Position numbers and translations under genes: made by a program | DNA from: Sphagnum compactum | Taxonomy: Eukaryota | Direction of reading: 5' to 3' | Assembly (NCBI GenBank): GCA_965153455.1 | Contig: OZ234493.1 | Coordinates: forward strand, 24,604,213-24,668,212 | DNA length: 64,000 bases | Notes under the pieces: generated by a model | Told to the model about the DNA's origin: nothing | Seen by the model: the letters and a program-made list of their open reading frames with translations, nothing else | Database searches by the model: none | Part shown: piece after piece, positions 36,056-50,690 of the stretch | Layout: each line of letters opens with the position of its first letter | Numbering within the stretch: the stretch's first letter is position 1

Positions 36056-39000
36056 TTAAAGGTAGCTCCAGGGACGAGAGTTGTAAAACCCCATCCAGTC
36101 AATTCTAGCATGGCCCTTTCTGATGTCAAGAAATGGCACTAACTTCTTCATCTCAGCCAACTCTGAGCGAGATGATGCAAAAAGGGCTCGGGAGATGGCC
36201 AACACACGAAGGCTTGTTCCGTGGGCCTGATGCAAAGGAAGACACAATGACATACATCTTTCAGCCATCAGGGTGACAATCACCAATCAAGTGTCGAGGT
36301 GAGCCCAGTTCAACTACAATTACTGGGTTAAACCTACATGCAATGCAGCAAATGTGATTGATCAAACCTATCACACCTTTCTATAGCATTTTCTCTTTCT
36401 ATGGTCTGATGGGTGTAGGAGCAGCATCCTATACAAAGACTGACCTGTATAAACTGAAGCATTCCATACAGACCAGCTGATGAAATTTGAGGGCAGGCCA
36501 ATAGGTCAAGGAACAGCAATGAGTGTCCAAGACGGGGAAGGAGTACTGCCACAGCATCATCTGTCCAGCAGCGGCATCCCATGAGCTGCAACACCTGCAG
36601 CTCCCTGCAGTGAAAGGCCAGTGCCCTGACCTACCCAATACTCAATCAGACATAGTGAAAAACCTCCACACAAAAATTCGTTACGACATTTCTGGAGCAC
36701 AGATGAGAGACTACTACAAAACTGGCTGGCAGTAATAGTCAACATAACAGTAAGATCAAGCCATATCTATGAGATTGCAGAGAAAACCCACAATTACACT
36801 TTGAAAGTAACTGTTATGTCAGTTCCAGCCAAAACAAACCAAACACAACAAGAATGAGCATGGTCACAATATTGTAAGTGTCATTCTCAAAGTATCAGAC
36901 TATCACCTTCATCACAGATGGCAGTGACTAGCTGCCATTACTACCCAGTGACTTCATCAGCTCCTGAGTGGTGGGTGTAGTTCTTTGGGCAAACAATTCT
37001 ACACAAATCTGCATTCTGAGTTTCTGTCACATTTCCAAAACTGATAGGAAGACTCAGTTGCGACATTGATTAACACTCAGGAGACATAGCTAATACAAGA
37101 AGTCAACAGTATCCTCATTTAAACTGCAACAAGCTTGTGGGGTTAAGCTTCATTTCATTTCTGCTTGTCCCTGTGACAGCAAAGACCAAGCCATCTATAT
37201 CATCATCACACACCATTTCATAAAATGTTCCATGTTCCACAACATGTCTATGAGTCAAGTTTTAGCAGTCTATGTATACCATAGCCAAAGTAGATTCCCA
37301 CTGTTAGGTCTTAAACCTAAGCCCTAGCCTTATTGATTGTCACCAAAACAGAATGGACATAAACACACATTCACTGCATGGCTTACCCCAAATATCTACT
37401 CCTTTTTACAGAATGAAGATTGGCAAAAAGGAAGAGGTGACATACCGAGCAGAGGTGATAGTTACTTTGTCACAACCTTCTAAACTCAAGACATGAAGCT
37501 TAGGGCAGCCTTGAGCCAGAGAAGAGACTCCAAAGTCCGTCACTTGAGACTGTGCTGGCAATTGCAGTCTGGGTCCATGGCCCTGCCATGCACATCATGC
37601 TTTTACCAGATCAATTCCTTCCTGTTCATTATCCCTACCGAATCCCATCAGAGAATGTCCATAGTGTAGGATGACAGCATCCCTTCCAACTCAGCTTCTG
37701 GTGGATTGATATTGTGGATTCCATAATGATAAAGCAGTACCTGAAAAAAAAATTTGGAAAGATGTGGGCAATGGCCACCAAGCTCAAAGAGGATTCGATC
37801 TGTGGCTGCAGGCAGCGCCAAGTCTTCCAGCTTCTTAAGCTGCTGGACTAATCTTACTATCACTGACTCCTCCAGCTGCAGGATTCTCCAGCCCCCGGCT
37901 CTCTTTGAGCTCAATTTAAAAGATACAGACTCGTAAAGAATTACTGCAAGGCTGCTGCATGCTTGGCACCTACTGGTAACATCAAAGAAACATGCAGAAG
38001 TGCAAAGTGGTTCACACCTTTGTAAGAACATATGTCTGGGCATAGGAGTGTGACAAGTCGAGGCACTTGAGATTGAAGCACAATGTATGTATGATATACC
38101 AGCTGCTATTAAACAATCCATGGGCATGCAGCTGCTGCAGCTGCTGTCCTCTAGCCCTTAGCAAATGTGCTCCAGGTTCAGATTCCCAAGCGAATGACTG
38201 CTTTGTGGACTTGTACAAGCGAAGCGATACCAGTGAATTGGGTATTCTCTCTGAAAGACTATTGCAGTTGAATACCTTGGTCTTGTTCAGTGGAATTGTG
38301 TCTTGTTCATCATTGTTCTCCAGAAGTGCAGATATAAGAGACAACTCACACAAGGACAAGCAGGATTGGAATATGCACCCAACATGATGCCAGCCTAGTG
38401 TGTTGCTATTGAGGTTGAGTGAGACAAGGCCATGGCAAGCCTGCAAGAGCCCATCTAAAGCACCAGGACTCCCAAATATATCCAAGGCAAGCTTTTGCAA
38501 GCTCTGGCAATGCTTTTGCAGGGTCTCAATAAAGTCGTCCCAAGATGAAATATCAGCAGTGTTTGAGACTGTGCCATTCTGTGGTAGGTTTAGTAGGACT
38601 AGTGTAGTGAGGTGACTGGGAAGTTTTTTAGAGATCCTTGCATAATCTGCAACTGTAAATTGTGGACATGAAACCACTTCCAGATGATGCAAATGTGGCA
38701 ACTCCATACATGTCTCTTCCAGAGCCTTGCCGTTCAGTTGCTTTAGTCTGGAAATGGACAAGAGCAAAGATGCAGGATGGCTCAGTCTCAATTACTCGTT
38801 CAAAAACATCAACAACCCATGTTGAAACCTGATGCTACACTTTTCCCAGGTTGAAACAATAATGCAGAACACCCTGAGAGGAAAGAAATCAATATCTACA
38901 ATAATTTCTTTCTATCCTCACAACAGTATACAAGACCTTACCCATGTAATTGAATTGTCACCAGAGTGGAGGCATGCTGCTTGGCAAGCTTCAAAATGTG

Positions 39001-39886
39001 TCCCTCTGTCTATAGCAAAAATACACTGCTTTAGCCAATTTCAAATTTTGTGACAAGCTTGTGCAAAGAAAAAGACCCCAAAAAATACACAGATTCACAT
39101 TATGACAATCTCAACTCTACATTACAATTTGCAGCAACAATGTATCAAATGCCCTCAGGTAACATAGTTTGCCATACCACAGCCATAGCCTGGTGCATAT
39201 ACAAAAAGGAGTTTGAATGTAAACCTAGAGATAGATTTGTATACATGAGAGCTGGATTGGCCGAGCAGACAATTCATAGATGATGAAGCAAATACAGCCG
39301 ACAGCATATAGTCCGAAGGACGAAGATATAGAGGAAGGAAGGTACCATATCTCCCCAGGGATTATAGGTGGGAGTCCAAAGTGGGGGCACCAGTTCATAA
39401 ACCTGCAAAAACACAAAGAAAAAACACCTACAAGTTTCAACAACAATGGATGCAAGGCAGATCCAAGCTCTTTCGAGTGCAAATTTGCTTATTGGCTGCG
39501 ATAATAGCGAAAAACAAGAAGCAGACAAAACCTTGGCTCTCTCTCCTTTTCCTCCTGAACAACTTCACATGATGCCTAACATAACTCCAGATCCAACAAC
39601 ACCACCACGACGTCGTGCAGGGTTGGTATATGCGGGCTGGGGTTTAGGAAAAACAAAAGCATCATACCAGGCGGCTTTCACACAATCGTCTCCAGCGACG
39701 GCAAACAAGAGCTACTGCGTGCAGCAGATATCTCGTTGGTAGGTGTCGTAGAACCTCCAGCAAAGTATCATCTGCCAAACACGCCATTATGCTACGCTGT
39801 TCGCCAATCTCCTCCCGATTTTTGCTGCTGCTGCTGCTGCTACTGCCGCTGCTATTACTACAATTATTGCTGCTTCCGCGTGCCAT
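36056..39886 (-). CDS. F-box/LRR-repeat protein, about 565 aa, 8 exons
   Basis: Exons 39886-39668, 39402-39346, 39009-38942, 38747-38018, 37875-37741, 37582-37446, 36625-36445 and 36226-36056, GT-AG and in frame (1698 nt). F-box motif LADDTLLEVLRHLPTRYLLHAVALVCRRWRRLC. Cys-containing LRRs, e.g. VTDFGVSSLAQGCPKLHVLSLEGCDKVT and LAFHCRELQVLQLMGCRCWTD. The exon-5 acceptor is the least certain boundary. Confidence 0.88.
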
Positions 39887-40446
39887 GGCCTCCTTGAAGA
39901 GATTGCAATTGCGCGCAACGAAAACTCCCGGGAAAAAAAAACCAGACGCTAAACAGCCCAGTGCAGCAAAGTTAAGGAGAGCTTGGAAGTCTTGAGCACT
40001 GGGCACATGCCGCTCCATTCGCCTGCCGTTATCGTGGAAGGCGGTAGACGGCGAGCCCCCGAGCTCCCAGCGTTTTTTTTTTTTCCTTTTCCCAATTTTA
40101 CTCATCAAATAATAATCAGACAAATATTTATTTGAGTTGTGGATACTTAATAATGAATTAAACTGATTAATTAAGATAATTATGGCGAAAGGCCTTTAGT
40201 TGTAACATATGAGTGCCAAAGGACAAGTAGTCATTGAATGTTTAAAGTGGCACTTTTCATCTTAAAGTCATTAAGGACAAGTCATAAAAGGCAAGCCGTA
40301 TATAATGTTGAAGTGTTATATAATGAATGATTAGAATAGACATGAAACCATTTGATTATTTGAATTTATACCTAGATTAAAATCGTTTTTATGGATTATT
40401 ATTAAAGAATAAATTTTAATAGGTAGGCAAGTAATAGGTTTAAGTA

Positions 40447-41743
40447 TGTCACAACGTTAACATTGGGTTCACGACTTAATGTGAAATGCAAGGGCCTATG
40501 AAGTCGAAAGTGTGTTTAGGTGTGAAACACATTGTCCCAAATGCGGAGAGTGCAAGGGATGAAGCCCAATGACTCCCAAATGCATTTTCACTTTGAGAGT
40601 TGCACTCATGCGAAAGTTACGAATGTTCAAAACCTTTGTTGGAAAAGCAAACAAGCATCAAATTGAGCCCCCAAGACACCATTAGAAAGATTTTGAAATG
40701 TAGATGATTAAAGTACTCTCGCATTATTCATTTAAACCTGATTTGCATGTGTTATGATCAAAAGAAAAGGTGGGAGTCAAATTGGAAATTTGATTCCCAA
40801 CCACAAATCCCTTAAAAGCAAAGGTCAAATGAGATCCGATTGGAATGTGTTATACATCGTTCATAAAATATTTTCAAGGATTATAAAATATTGTCCTTAC
40901 ACTCTCAAAAGAAATTTGATTTGAAAAAGATATGAACATTCAAAATTTTGAGACAATAAGAGTCCAAATTTTGGGATTCCCACTTGGGAATCCCGAGGAA
41001 AAATGACATTTGGATGTAGTCCCCACGGAGAGGCACAAAGTATATGGGGGGAATGGTGCCTCTTCCCAAAGGTCGTGTAAAGCTTGTGCTTGAGATTGTC
41101 CCTTTTACGTCTATCGCATCGCTTCCATTGGATTTGCATTATCGTAGTGCCACGAAAGGTTCGGGCGAGCTGTAACGATCAATTTAATTAATCTTGAGGA
41201 AATTTTTTGGAAAATGTCCATCAGTGCTGCAGGAAATGCATTGTTTTCAAGGGAAAGGTCTAGTAATCTGCCAAAAAGGTCCATTACAGGTCCAAGCCAA
41301 TTTCCATTTTTTTTTGTTTTGATGTTGCAAGCACACATGTGCAACATTCTGAGCATACAGGCATTTATCTGCCAAAGGACTGGCATACAGCATACAGGCA
41401 GAGCTTTTTTTGGCACCAAAAGGTCCGATTTTGGGGGAAAACGTTCGTTACAGAAGTCCAAAAGTCATTTATTTGCCCAATAAAGGATCGTTTCGGCCTC
41501 CAACCCGAATTCATTAACGAACTTTTTGTGGCACTACGGTAGCCCTCTTTTTTTTGTTGTGCAAATTGATCTCATCTTGAACTTTCGCTTGTGAATTCGT
41601 CCTAGTCCCATTCTGGAACTCCAGCACGCCCTCCTACCCCTGAAGTGTTGCGAGCTACAAAGCGTGTTCCAATTCTCTTCTTATTTCGTTGTTTCACTCT
41701 AGGACCCACCTTTGGGTCTCTTGAAGAGTTTGGGAGCGCATCA
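40447..41743 (+). mobile_element. Solo LTR (Gypsy-like), interrupted by a MITE
   Basis: Begins TGTCACAAC and ends GCGCATCA (TG...CA). The flanking 5-mers AAGTA and AGGTA form a TSD with one mismatch. There is no internal coding region, and it is inserted in GTAG-rich simple-repeat DNA. Confidence 0.75.
41142..41539. mobile_element. Tc1/mariner (pogo/Stowaway-like) MITE nested in the solo LTR
   Basis: 22-bp TIRs TCGTAGTGCCACGAAAGGTTCG / CGAACTTTTTGTGGCACTACGG flanked by TA on both sides (41140-41141 and 41540-41541). 398 bp, no transposase. Confidence 0.85.
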
Positions 41744-41749
41744 AGGTAG

Positions 41750-42520
41750 GTCAAAAAAGGCAAATAGGTAGGTAGTACATAACCTATATGAGCTTACTTA
41801 CATAACCTATGTAACTACCTTAGTCTAGCCTACTTACCTTAGCCTTTTAGAAATGCACATAGGTTGCAAGTACTAAGACTTGAACTTTCACCTTCACAAT
41901 GACAAACCAAATCTTTACCAATGGACTACAACATCAAAAGGTATCCATATTTGGTTAAGTTTTTTATTTCACATATTTATTTCATATCGTTACGAGACTA
42001 TGAGGTATCTAGCAAGTGGTAGGATGATAGGTAAAAGGTGGGTAGGTTATGGGAGATAGGAAATAAAAGGTAGGTAGGTACAAGTAGGTAGGTTGATGAG
42101 GTAGGTAGGTGGGTGAATGAGTGGGCAAGTAAATGTATAAGTGGGTGGCTAAGTAAATAGGTAAGTAGGTGGGTCATGTGTGGGTGGGTAGGCAAATAGG
42201 TAGGTAGGTGGGTGGGTAGGTAAATAAATAGGTAGGTGGTTTGGTGGGTTAAACTATGAGAAAAATGGGTGTTTTGATGGTTCAAGATTATGACACATGC
42301 CACAATAAGTTTTTTTGTCACATGGCATATTAATTAAAATTTGAAAAATAAAATAAAATAATAAATTTATTTTAATAGCTAGGTAGGTTGATACATAACC
42401 ATAGGTAGGTAGGTTGGTAGGTCCTAAGACCTACATTACATACCTATTTATTTACTTGCTTACATAAGTAGGTACAAAAATAGGACTTATTTACTTACAT
42501 AAGTAGGCAAGTAGCTAAGA
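41750..42520. repeat. Degenerate (GTAG)n/(GTGG)n simple repeat
   Basis: Runs of ggtaggtag and gggtgggt. The complementary (CTAC)n tract occurs at about 47520-47690. Confidence 0.8.
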
Positions 42521-45500
42521 AAATACAAAACTAAATGAATTAAATAATAGTCTTGTAAAAATATAGTTTTAATTTTATGTTTTGTTTTTTAAAAAAATTG
42601 AATTCATCTCAAAATGACATGTGCATTTCAGTGTGAAAACATAAGAATTTATTTTTATTTGTATAATTTTGATATGGGATTCAAAAACAAAGCATATGGG
42701 TTAAATCTTTTAATTGTCTATTAGTTACAAATTGAGTTATAACAACATAAAATTTTCTCAATGCTTTGTGTTTATTTTCATTTTGCAAATCATACAATTA
42801 AATTAGTAATTAACTGATATTTATATGTGTGAATTAATTATCTAAAATAGTGATTGAGATTAGTTAATTATCAAAATAATTTATCTGATTTTATTTGAAA
42901 TAATTATCTGAAAATTAAATTTTTGAATTAAATATGTGATAGTTAGTTATCTTGATTGATTATTTGAATCAATTAACCATTGAGTTAATTATCTAAATAA
43001 ATTCGATTGATTCATTTAATTAAGATAATTAGTATCAAATAATTAATTATCTCAATTAACTAAGTAAAAACTTATTTGAGATAATAAGTCTAATTCATCT
43101 ATTTTGTTAGTAAGTTATTTCAAAAAATAAGTATTTTGTTTTAGATAATTTACTACTAAATGATTAATTATCAAAATTCACATAGTTACTCATTTATTAT
43201 CTGAAATTCAAAAAACAATTTGATTATTTGCATTAATTAACAAACTAGTTATTTGAGCCAAACTGATTTATAATCCATATTAATGGTTAATTATTCAGTT
43301 TAAGTAATTAGTTCATAATAATTAAATAAATTACATAATAATTAATAATTAATATTGAATAAATTATTGACAAATAATTCATCACTAAAAAATAAATATG
43401 AATTTGGGTTTAAAACATCAAGATATAAATAGGCATATTCAAATGTACACCCGAATTGGATTTTTAATATAATGTCCAGTATGATTACAAAATTAGTCAC
43501 ATATGAATCATAGATTTAAGAATTTATTCTATTGTTGTAATTACAACCAAAAAAAAAACATATTATTCTTAATTAGAACTTTTTCACAAAATTTTACTTA
43601 TTAAAAAAAACATAAAAAAAATCTTCAAAGTCAAGGTTTTAAATTTTTCTTGAAACCATGGAGTTGAGATCAAATGATTTTTAAATGTTTATTAATAGAT
43701 TATGCTATGATAATGTTGATGACTATGATATTTCTACGAAGTTGTAAAATGTTCTTCAATTGAAGATGTACTTTTAATCATGGAATTTCAAAATTAATAA
43801 AAAAAGGTAAACTATTATCCAATAAAAGTTTTTGGAAAACATCCATAATATTATTGGTGTACAGTTATATAGAGGCATGACTATGAATCAATTACATGTT
43901 CATGGTTTTTATGACTTATTTAAGTTTTGAAGGCCAAATCATTTATATGTGATAATATTTGAAATAATTCAAAATGAGTGAAATCTTATGTGTTAATACT
44001 CTTAATCAATACTATATGTGATTTTAGTTTTTTTCCAAATTGTGTACATTATAATATGTTTTCATCTAATTACCAAAGATTGTGGTTTGTAGCCATTTTT
44101 TTGTGATAAACATTTAATACATATAACATTTTTTTGGTCTAGGAACCCCTTTTGAGTAATTTATTTTGAAATCATAGCCAACTAGGCCAAATTATTTTTT
44201 GTGTATACTGATCCCTTGGAAATTTCAAATCTCCCTTTTAAAAAAACTACTTATGCCTACTCATTGTTGGAATCCATCCTAAGTACATGTTGACCATCAA
44301 CTTTGATCTTTAATGATTATTAGATTTAATTATAATTATATTTAAATTAAACATGATTAAAAATCTAAAACATGTGAATTGTGGAAGCAATGTATTTCAC
44401 ACATGAAATTAAAAACATCGCAGTGCAAAAAAATTTGAATTCATGGTTTGAATCAAAATATTTGAATCTATGTAACATTTTACATTTGAAATCAATAGAA
44501 TTTAAATCTTCAATGTAATTTCCAACCTTTAACAAAAAATGTTTTATGAAATCATGTACATAATAGATGTATGTATAAGAAAACATTTGGTTGTCATTTA
44601 TTCAATGTACAATTTGTTTCATTTTATTTCTTTTCCCAATTTTCTAATGTAACATTGGTAGTGATCTACCAAAACAAGATTACGTGCCAATGGGCAAAAC
44701 CATTTTTAGAAAACTATTGAGACTATGGAAAAAAAGGTTGGAAATGTGGTGAAAGTTTTCACAAAAAGATTATTTTCTCAAAATTCTAGCAAATTTTTCA
44801 AGGAAATTTTTTTTTGCAACAAAATAATCCTTTTCATTTTTTTAAGTACAAATTTTGTGAAAGCTTTTGTTAGGAAAAATTAAACATTGATTCCATGTGC
44901 ATTTGTAGCTTCCCAAAATCATTGGGGAAGGTGTTTTCTTTCAAGTTTAAGGTATTAACGTTATAGATGTATTATAGAGCATCCTTAACAATGTTTAATG
45001 TGTGGCCTTGTAAACATATTTTTGCCACCTAAGTTTTACTTCCTTACTTTATTCCAACCCTACCAATAAAACTAAAAGTAGAGTCTATGAGTGCAAATTG
45101 ATGGGAGACTACAAATAACAACCCACTTGGACCAATCAAATTATCTAGATCTAACGAATCAACAACCAAGAGCAAGCAATAAACATGATTTGACTCTATT
45201 TATTAAACTTTTCCTAAAACCTTCCAAGATGCTAGAAGATGTGCAATTTTTCAAGGTCATAGTAGTCTTCAAATGAATGCATTGGATATTATGATTGTTG
45301 CACCTCATTCAAGATTTTTAATGTAAGGCCACATAAGGTAGACATGCCCAACACCACACCCATGCCTATGAATGAATGCTCCATTCAAGGGAGGGCCTCC
45401 AAGGAAACAACCCTAATTGTTTTGTTGCACAATTAACTACTTATGATTGAACATTTAATATGAAATTGATGTGTTCAATTTATTAAAAAAATGACCAAAA

Positions 45501-46544
45501 TATTGCCTTTTATGTTCACTAATGGGCATAAAATTGAAAGGGCATGAATAATTCTCACCCAATTTATGGTCTTGTAATGTTCATTAATGGGAGGTTTTGT
45601 GAACACATTAAAAGTAAAAATGATTATAAATCATGGACATGTGGGAAGGGGGCAAAGGTGGGGGTGTTTATGAGTGTTTGGTGTTGGGGCTATTGGGGTT
45701 CAATTTTTAAAAACCATTGGGTGCAAACATGATAACATGAGCCACACCTACCTACTTATGGGACTGATTTGAAGGAATAGTTTTTAGAATATTTAGGTAA
45801 TTTTTTTTAATATTAATATGTCAAGGTTTATGTAAAACATTTCAAGATATATGTAATTTACAAAAGTTTTGAAGTCTATTTATAAGTCTTTTAATGCTAA
45901 AAAAACATGTGTTAAAGTGTCTAATGAATTGTTTTAGAGCTTTCTATTCATTGGATATTTTTTAGATTAAATCACATTTTCCAATGATGTATTATCAACC
46001 TTATTATATAAAAAAATCTTATAATTTCAACACCAGATTAAATTACCATTTTCTAAATGTGAAAAATAAACACACATTACATTTGTTGTGACTTGTGTTA
46101 ATGTGATTGCACCCCATGGTACATTTGTGTAGTATTGGGGGGTTGGGTGTTCATTCAATCATGGTTTTGTCCCATGGGGTCATTTTTTAAAAACAATTTG
46201 AAAATTTTGCAACCAAAAACAATGGCCAAGGCAACATTAAATAATAATAAATAATGTAAATGAAAGGATGAGAAGAAGTTCAAAAAGGAAATTAAAATTT
46301 TGAATGTTGTTAAACATGCAACTCAAAGGTATATTGAAAAATAAGCAAGGGTAATGTTTATGCAAGCTTGGTCTCCAATTGCAATTAAGAAAACAAGAAA
46401 TTAGTTTCATAACAACTTTGTAGCAAGGCTGTGAGTTAACCCACTAGGGTACAAAGGTATCAATTTTGATGCCACTACATAAACTCAAAAGACTACTAAA
46501 GCAAAAACAAAGGCAAAAATGTAAGCTGTTGGATTTGTTCCAAC

Positions 46545-47260
46545 AAAACACTTTGATGAAGGTCAAATGTCATCAATGTGAATAGGTGGTAGTTCACATC
46601 ATTGGTGCCAAATGTGGCATCCATAAAAATAATCAAGTTGTTGTGACCCAATTGGAGCATGGCCTAAAGTTGTGTAAATGTTTAGATCCTTATGGTGAAT
46701 GTGATTTAAATCCCATTAACCTCACCTACATTTTTGAAATAAAATACATCATCAAGATAGTGGGAACAAACCCATGATTAAATAGTAAATGTCGAATTCT
46801 TATGCAAGCACCAACTAATCCTTTTGTGCTTCCAATCCAAATAAACAATGTCCTAGAATCTAATGCACTCATCCCAAGTCATTTGCTATCCCACATTGGT
46901 TCGTGCCCACCAAATTTCCTTGTTCTTGTCATAGATTTGCTTCATTGTGTATCCCAACCCCAATTGTGTACATATAAAATCCTTTAATTTCTAGGACACA
47001 TGTGAAACATACAAAAACATCAGTGTTATGGATTCCGATTCACATGCACCATGGGCGGGATCTTGATTGGCTTGGGTGTGGGCCCAATGGTAGAAGGTGA
47101 TTTCAACCACATTGGACCATGTGTAAAACTTTTTGATGGAAAAGTAAGCCAAACAACCATGCTTTATTGACCTCATGTGGTTGGGGTCTCCACAATGGTG
47201 CTCTAGCCCATAACCACATTGATACATGCAAAACATAAATCCCATTGATTCAAATCAAAA
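46545..47260 (-). pseudogene. Mutator-like (MULE) transposase remnant
   Basis: Minus strand gives YQCGYGLEHHC...RSIKHGCLAYFSIKK.Y...VVEITFYHWAH (WRKY/GCM-like zinc region), then IFMDATFGTNDVNYHLFTLMTFD, the first acidic motif of a MULE DDE domain. Stops and frameshifts throughout. Confidence 0.7.
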
Positions 47261-50119
47261 TACACAAGCACAATAAGAAGTCATGACTTTTCAAAATGTT
47301 CCATTTGACTAAAGTGTCTGCATTGACCAAAAGGATGTCCACTTTGACTAAAAGCATAAGGCATGAAAGACACATGGTTCTTTTGATTGATTTTTTGACT
47401 AAAGTGACCATTTTGACCAAGTGCTAAATCATACATTTAATCAATAGAAATTTTTTTTCTAAATGATCTATCAAAATGTCCATGGTGTAGTCAAATTGGC
47501 CATATTAATTTAGTTACCCGACCTATTTGTTATGCCTATTAAGCTACCTACCTATCCATTTACCAAAATATGTCCTACCTACATCCTATCTACATACCTA
47601 CTTATCTATTTATCTACCTACATACCTATATATACCTACCTACTTACTTACCTACCTATTTATATACCTACATGCCTATATATACTTAATTATTTTTTTG
47701 AATAAACAATAGAAATAAGGGGGTTAATTAGAACCATCACCAAGGGATGACCATAAAAAATAGGCTCCCATCATTAAACCAACAAATTAAAAAAAGATGA
47801 CCATCACCAAGGCAAACGCAATGAACACATGTTTAAAAAAAAATGACCATCAACACATCATGGAAACAAAAATTGTATTTTTATCATAGCATGTAGTGAC
47901 AAATTACTACACCTTGAAGTTTTTTTTAAGTTTTTTTCTTCTTTTCAGTATTGTCAACAAGAACGTTTTGACACCATTCACCATGATGTACATATAATCT
48001 GTATCTACATTTGTCATTTGCCATGATGTAAATGTTTGCATATTACATCTATATAATATATATTATTGCACACATCCACTAAGGTTTGAACATAAGACTT
48101 CATGGAGGTGCACCAAGGTTTTAACCACCAAACCACTTGAAAACTTTATTAACAGATAATTGAAAGTTTAACTTTATTATGTTTGGCATGAAATTGTATA
48201 GGAAAATTCATGCTTTAACATACTTTTTTTTCCAAAATTTATTCAAATGCTACAAATGAAAACATGATCTTGAAGCTTATTCAATAGTGTATTAAAAAAT
48301 ATAATATATAAATATTCAATTTAAAAGGTTTTTTAAAAATAAAAAACATGTTATGGATCAATCTACAAATTTGTTTTTTTTAATTGACCCATAATCTTTG
48401 TAAATTCAATGTGAATTTAATAATGAATTTATTAAATCTTTAACAATGTTATTTTCAATACATAAAATATGTCCATTTTTGAAAAATTGCAAGTTTTTAT
48501 TTTCTTTAATATGATCAAGCATAATTTTTTTTTTATTATTTTTTTTTGCAATGTTGCTAAAATGACAATCATCCATATGAATAGTTAACCACATTTGGTT
48601 ATAGACAAGTTATGGAGTTGGAAACTTGTTTAAACCCTTCAATATTAAGGCTACCTACTATAATTCATTGTAAAAAAATAATGATATATATTATTAATTT
48701 GGAAAAAAAATTAAACTTTTTTCTTATTGATCTTGTTGCCCCTTTAAATTGGTAAAAATTAGTCACAAGAAGAAACATTAATTAAGTAGTCAATATAACC
48801 ATTTCATTTTCAAAACCATATTTGATGAATCATACATTAATACAAATGATTAATTACAAAACTTTGAAAAAAATATTGCGACATTTTTTTAATCTTTTAA
48901 TGATGTAAGAATATATTTTCCCTTTGCTTCTTCTGTAAAAGTAAAACCAACATAATTTGGTGAAATTTTGGCATTCATAGTTGAATTAAACCCACCATGT
49001 TTTTTTTCATTTTGAATGATCCTAACTTAGTAATTCTCATTGGGAAAAAAATGCAAAAAATAGTGTTAATTCAAAAAAATGTATACAGGAAAAAAATTCT
49101 CAAAAAATTGATATCACAAATTCGAAAGATAAAAGGTCATCTCGAATGATTTTTAAAAAAAGTAATTGTAATATCTCCAACTTTAAACACATAAACAAGT
49201 CCATCATCAAATTTATTTGAAAAATTTTAAGTTCAATCTTTGAAATTATCATAAACCTTATTCGATTTTTTTGAAAATTTTAAAATAAATGTTAATGATG
49301 TAATTGAATTCCACCATTTTGTGAACATAAAAAGGGGCCATCAACATCAACACAATATTTTTTAATAAAAAATTGAAATTCACCATTTTTAAAAATGATA
49401 TAATTTTACAATGAGTTTTAAAACCTGATTTTAAGAAAATTAATGAACTTTTTAAACATGGATTATTATTCTCATACACCAAGAAAAAAAGGTAAATTTG
49501 AGGGATTAGTTTTTGGCTTTTGTTATGTGGCATCATGAACAATTGTAATTAAAAAACTTGTCCATGATGCCTAAAAAAACTAGGGGAAAAACACATATTT
49601 TAATTTACATAAATGGACAACAATTTAATATTCTAGTGACAATGTTTCATTAAAACTAGTTTATGTAGGATGGGATTTTGGTGATCATCACTACGACAAT
49701 TTTAGAGCCATTCCAAATTATAATTTGTCATAGATCAAATTTCATTTTAGAATCGTTTCTTATTGTTTGTTTTGTAACATTTCAATGTTTTTGTCTGTTC
49801 GTATCTTGTTGCTTGTTTTGCACCCTTTCAATGTTTTTTTGGGGGAGTCTATTTGTATCTTACCACGGACTTATTTAATGAGTCAAACTTTGGTTAACAA
49901 TAATGAAAAAAAAAAATTAATGAAACAAAATGACACATAGTGAAATTTATAAAGTTTTATCTTTTGAAAAGAAACATTGAATATAACAAAATTATTATGT
50001 CCACAAAAAATAATTTAATCATTGTCACTGTTAGTGCAAAGTAGCGTGGAGCCCAAAAATGAAAAAATTATAATTTAGAGGTTTACATGCATCTTAGACT
50101 TTGCATGCGAACATTTTGA

Positions 50120-50690
50120 CCCAATCATTAACCCATTCAAATATAAATGTGAAACTTGTTAAATTTTTTAAGTCCATTTCAAAAAATTGTAGTGAATTGA
50201 AAATGCAACTCATCAGTAATGAATTTAATACATTCAAAGTGAATGATTCAACTTATATGTAAATGTTAATAGTTCAAGAAATGTGAAAAAACTCATTAAT
50301 CCATTCAAATATAAATGTGAAACATTGAACTATTATGCATGTTTGAATACATATTAGAGGTGCAATATGCAACATTTGAATAATGGTTTCAATATATTTT
50401 AATAAGTGCAAGATACAACTTAGGAATAATAATTTTAACATATTAAAAGTGAATGGTTCAACTCATGTACACTTGTTGATAATTGAAAAGATGTGAAAAA
50501 AAATCATTAATTCGTTACAATATAAATGTGGGGTCTTCAATTGTGACATATGTTTTAATATTTTATGATAAGTGTAAAATGAAACTCATGAATAATGGTT
50601 TCAACATGTCAAAAATTGATGGTTCAACTCATGTGCCATATTGATAATTGACGAGATGTCAAAAAAATCACAATATATAATGGATTGTGT
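50120..50690. repeat. Diverged tandem repeat, about 3.5 units of 170-210 bp
   Basis: Anchor A(A/C)TCATTAA..CATTCAAATATAAATGTG recurs at about 50123, 50291 and 50502, with a trace at about 50667. Confidence 0.75.

Noticed and set aside
37648..38127. 159-aa ORF overlapping the 259-aa LRR ORF, suggesting a frameshift
   Set aside because: A GT-AG intron at 38017-37876 restores the frame, so no frameshift is needed.
41998..42321. ORFs with YLPT/THL repeats (also 47527-47712)
   Set aside because: They are translation of (CTAC)n simple repeats.
42780..43420. Very AT-rich tract with recurring AATTAATTATC
   Set aside because: Low-complexity DNA with no definable unit or termini.
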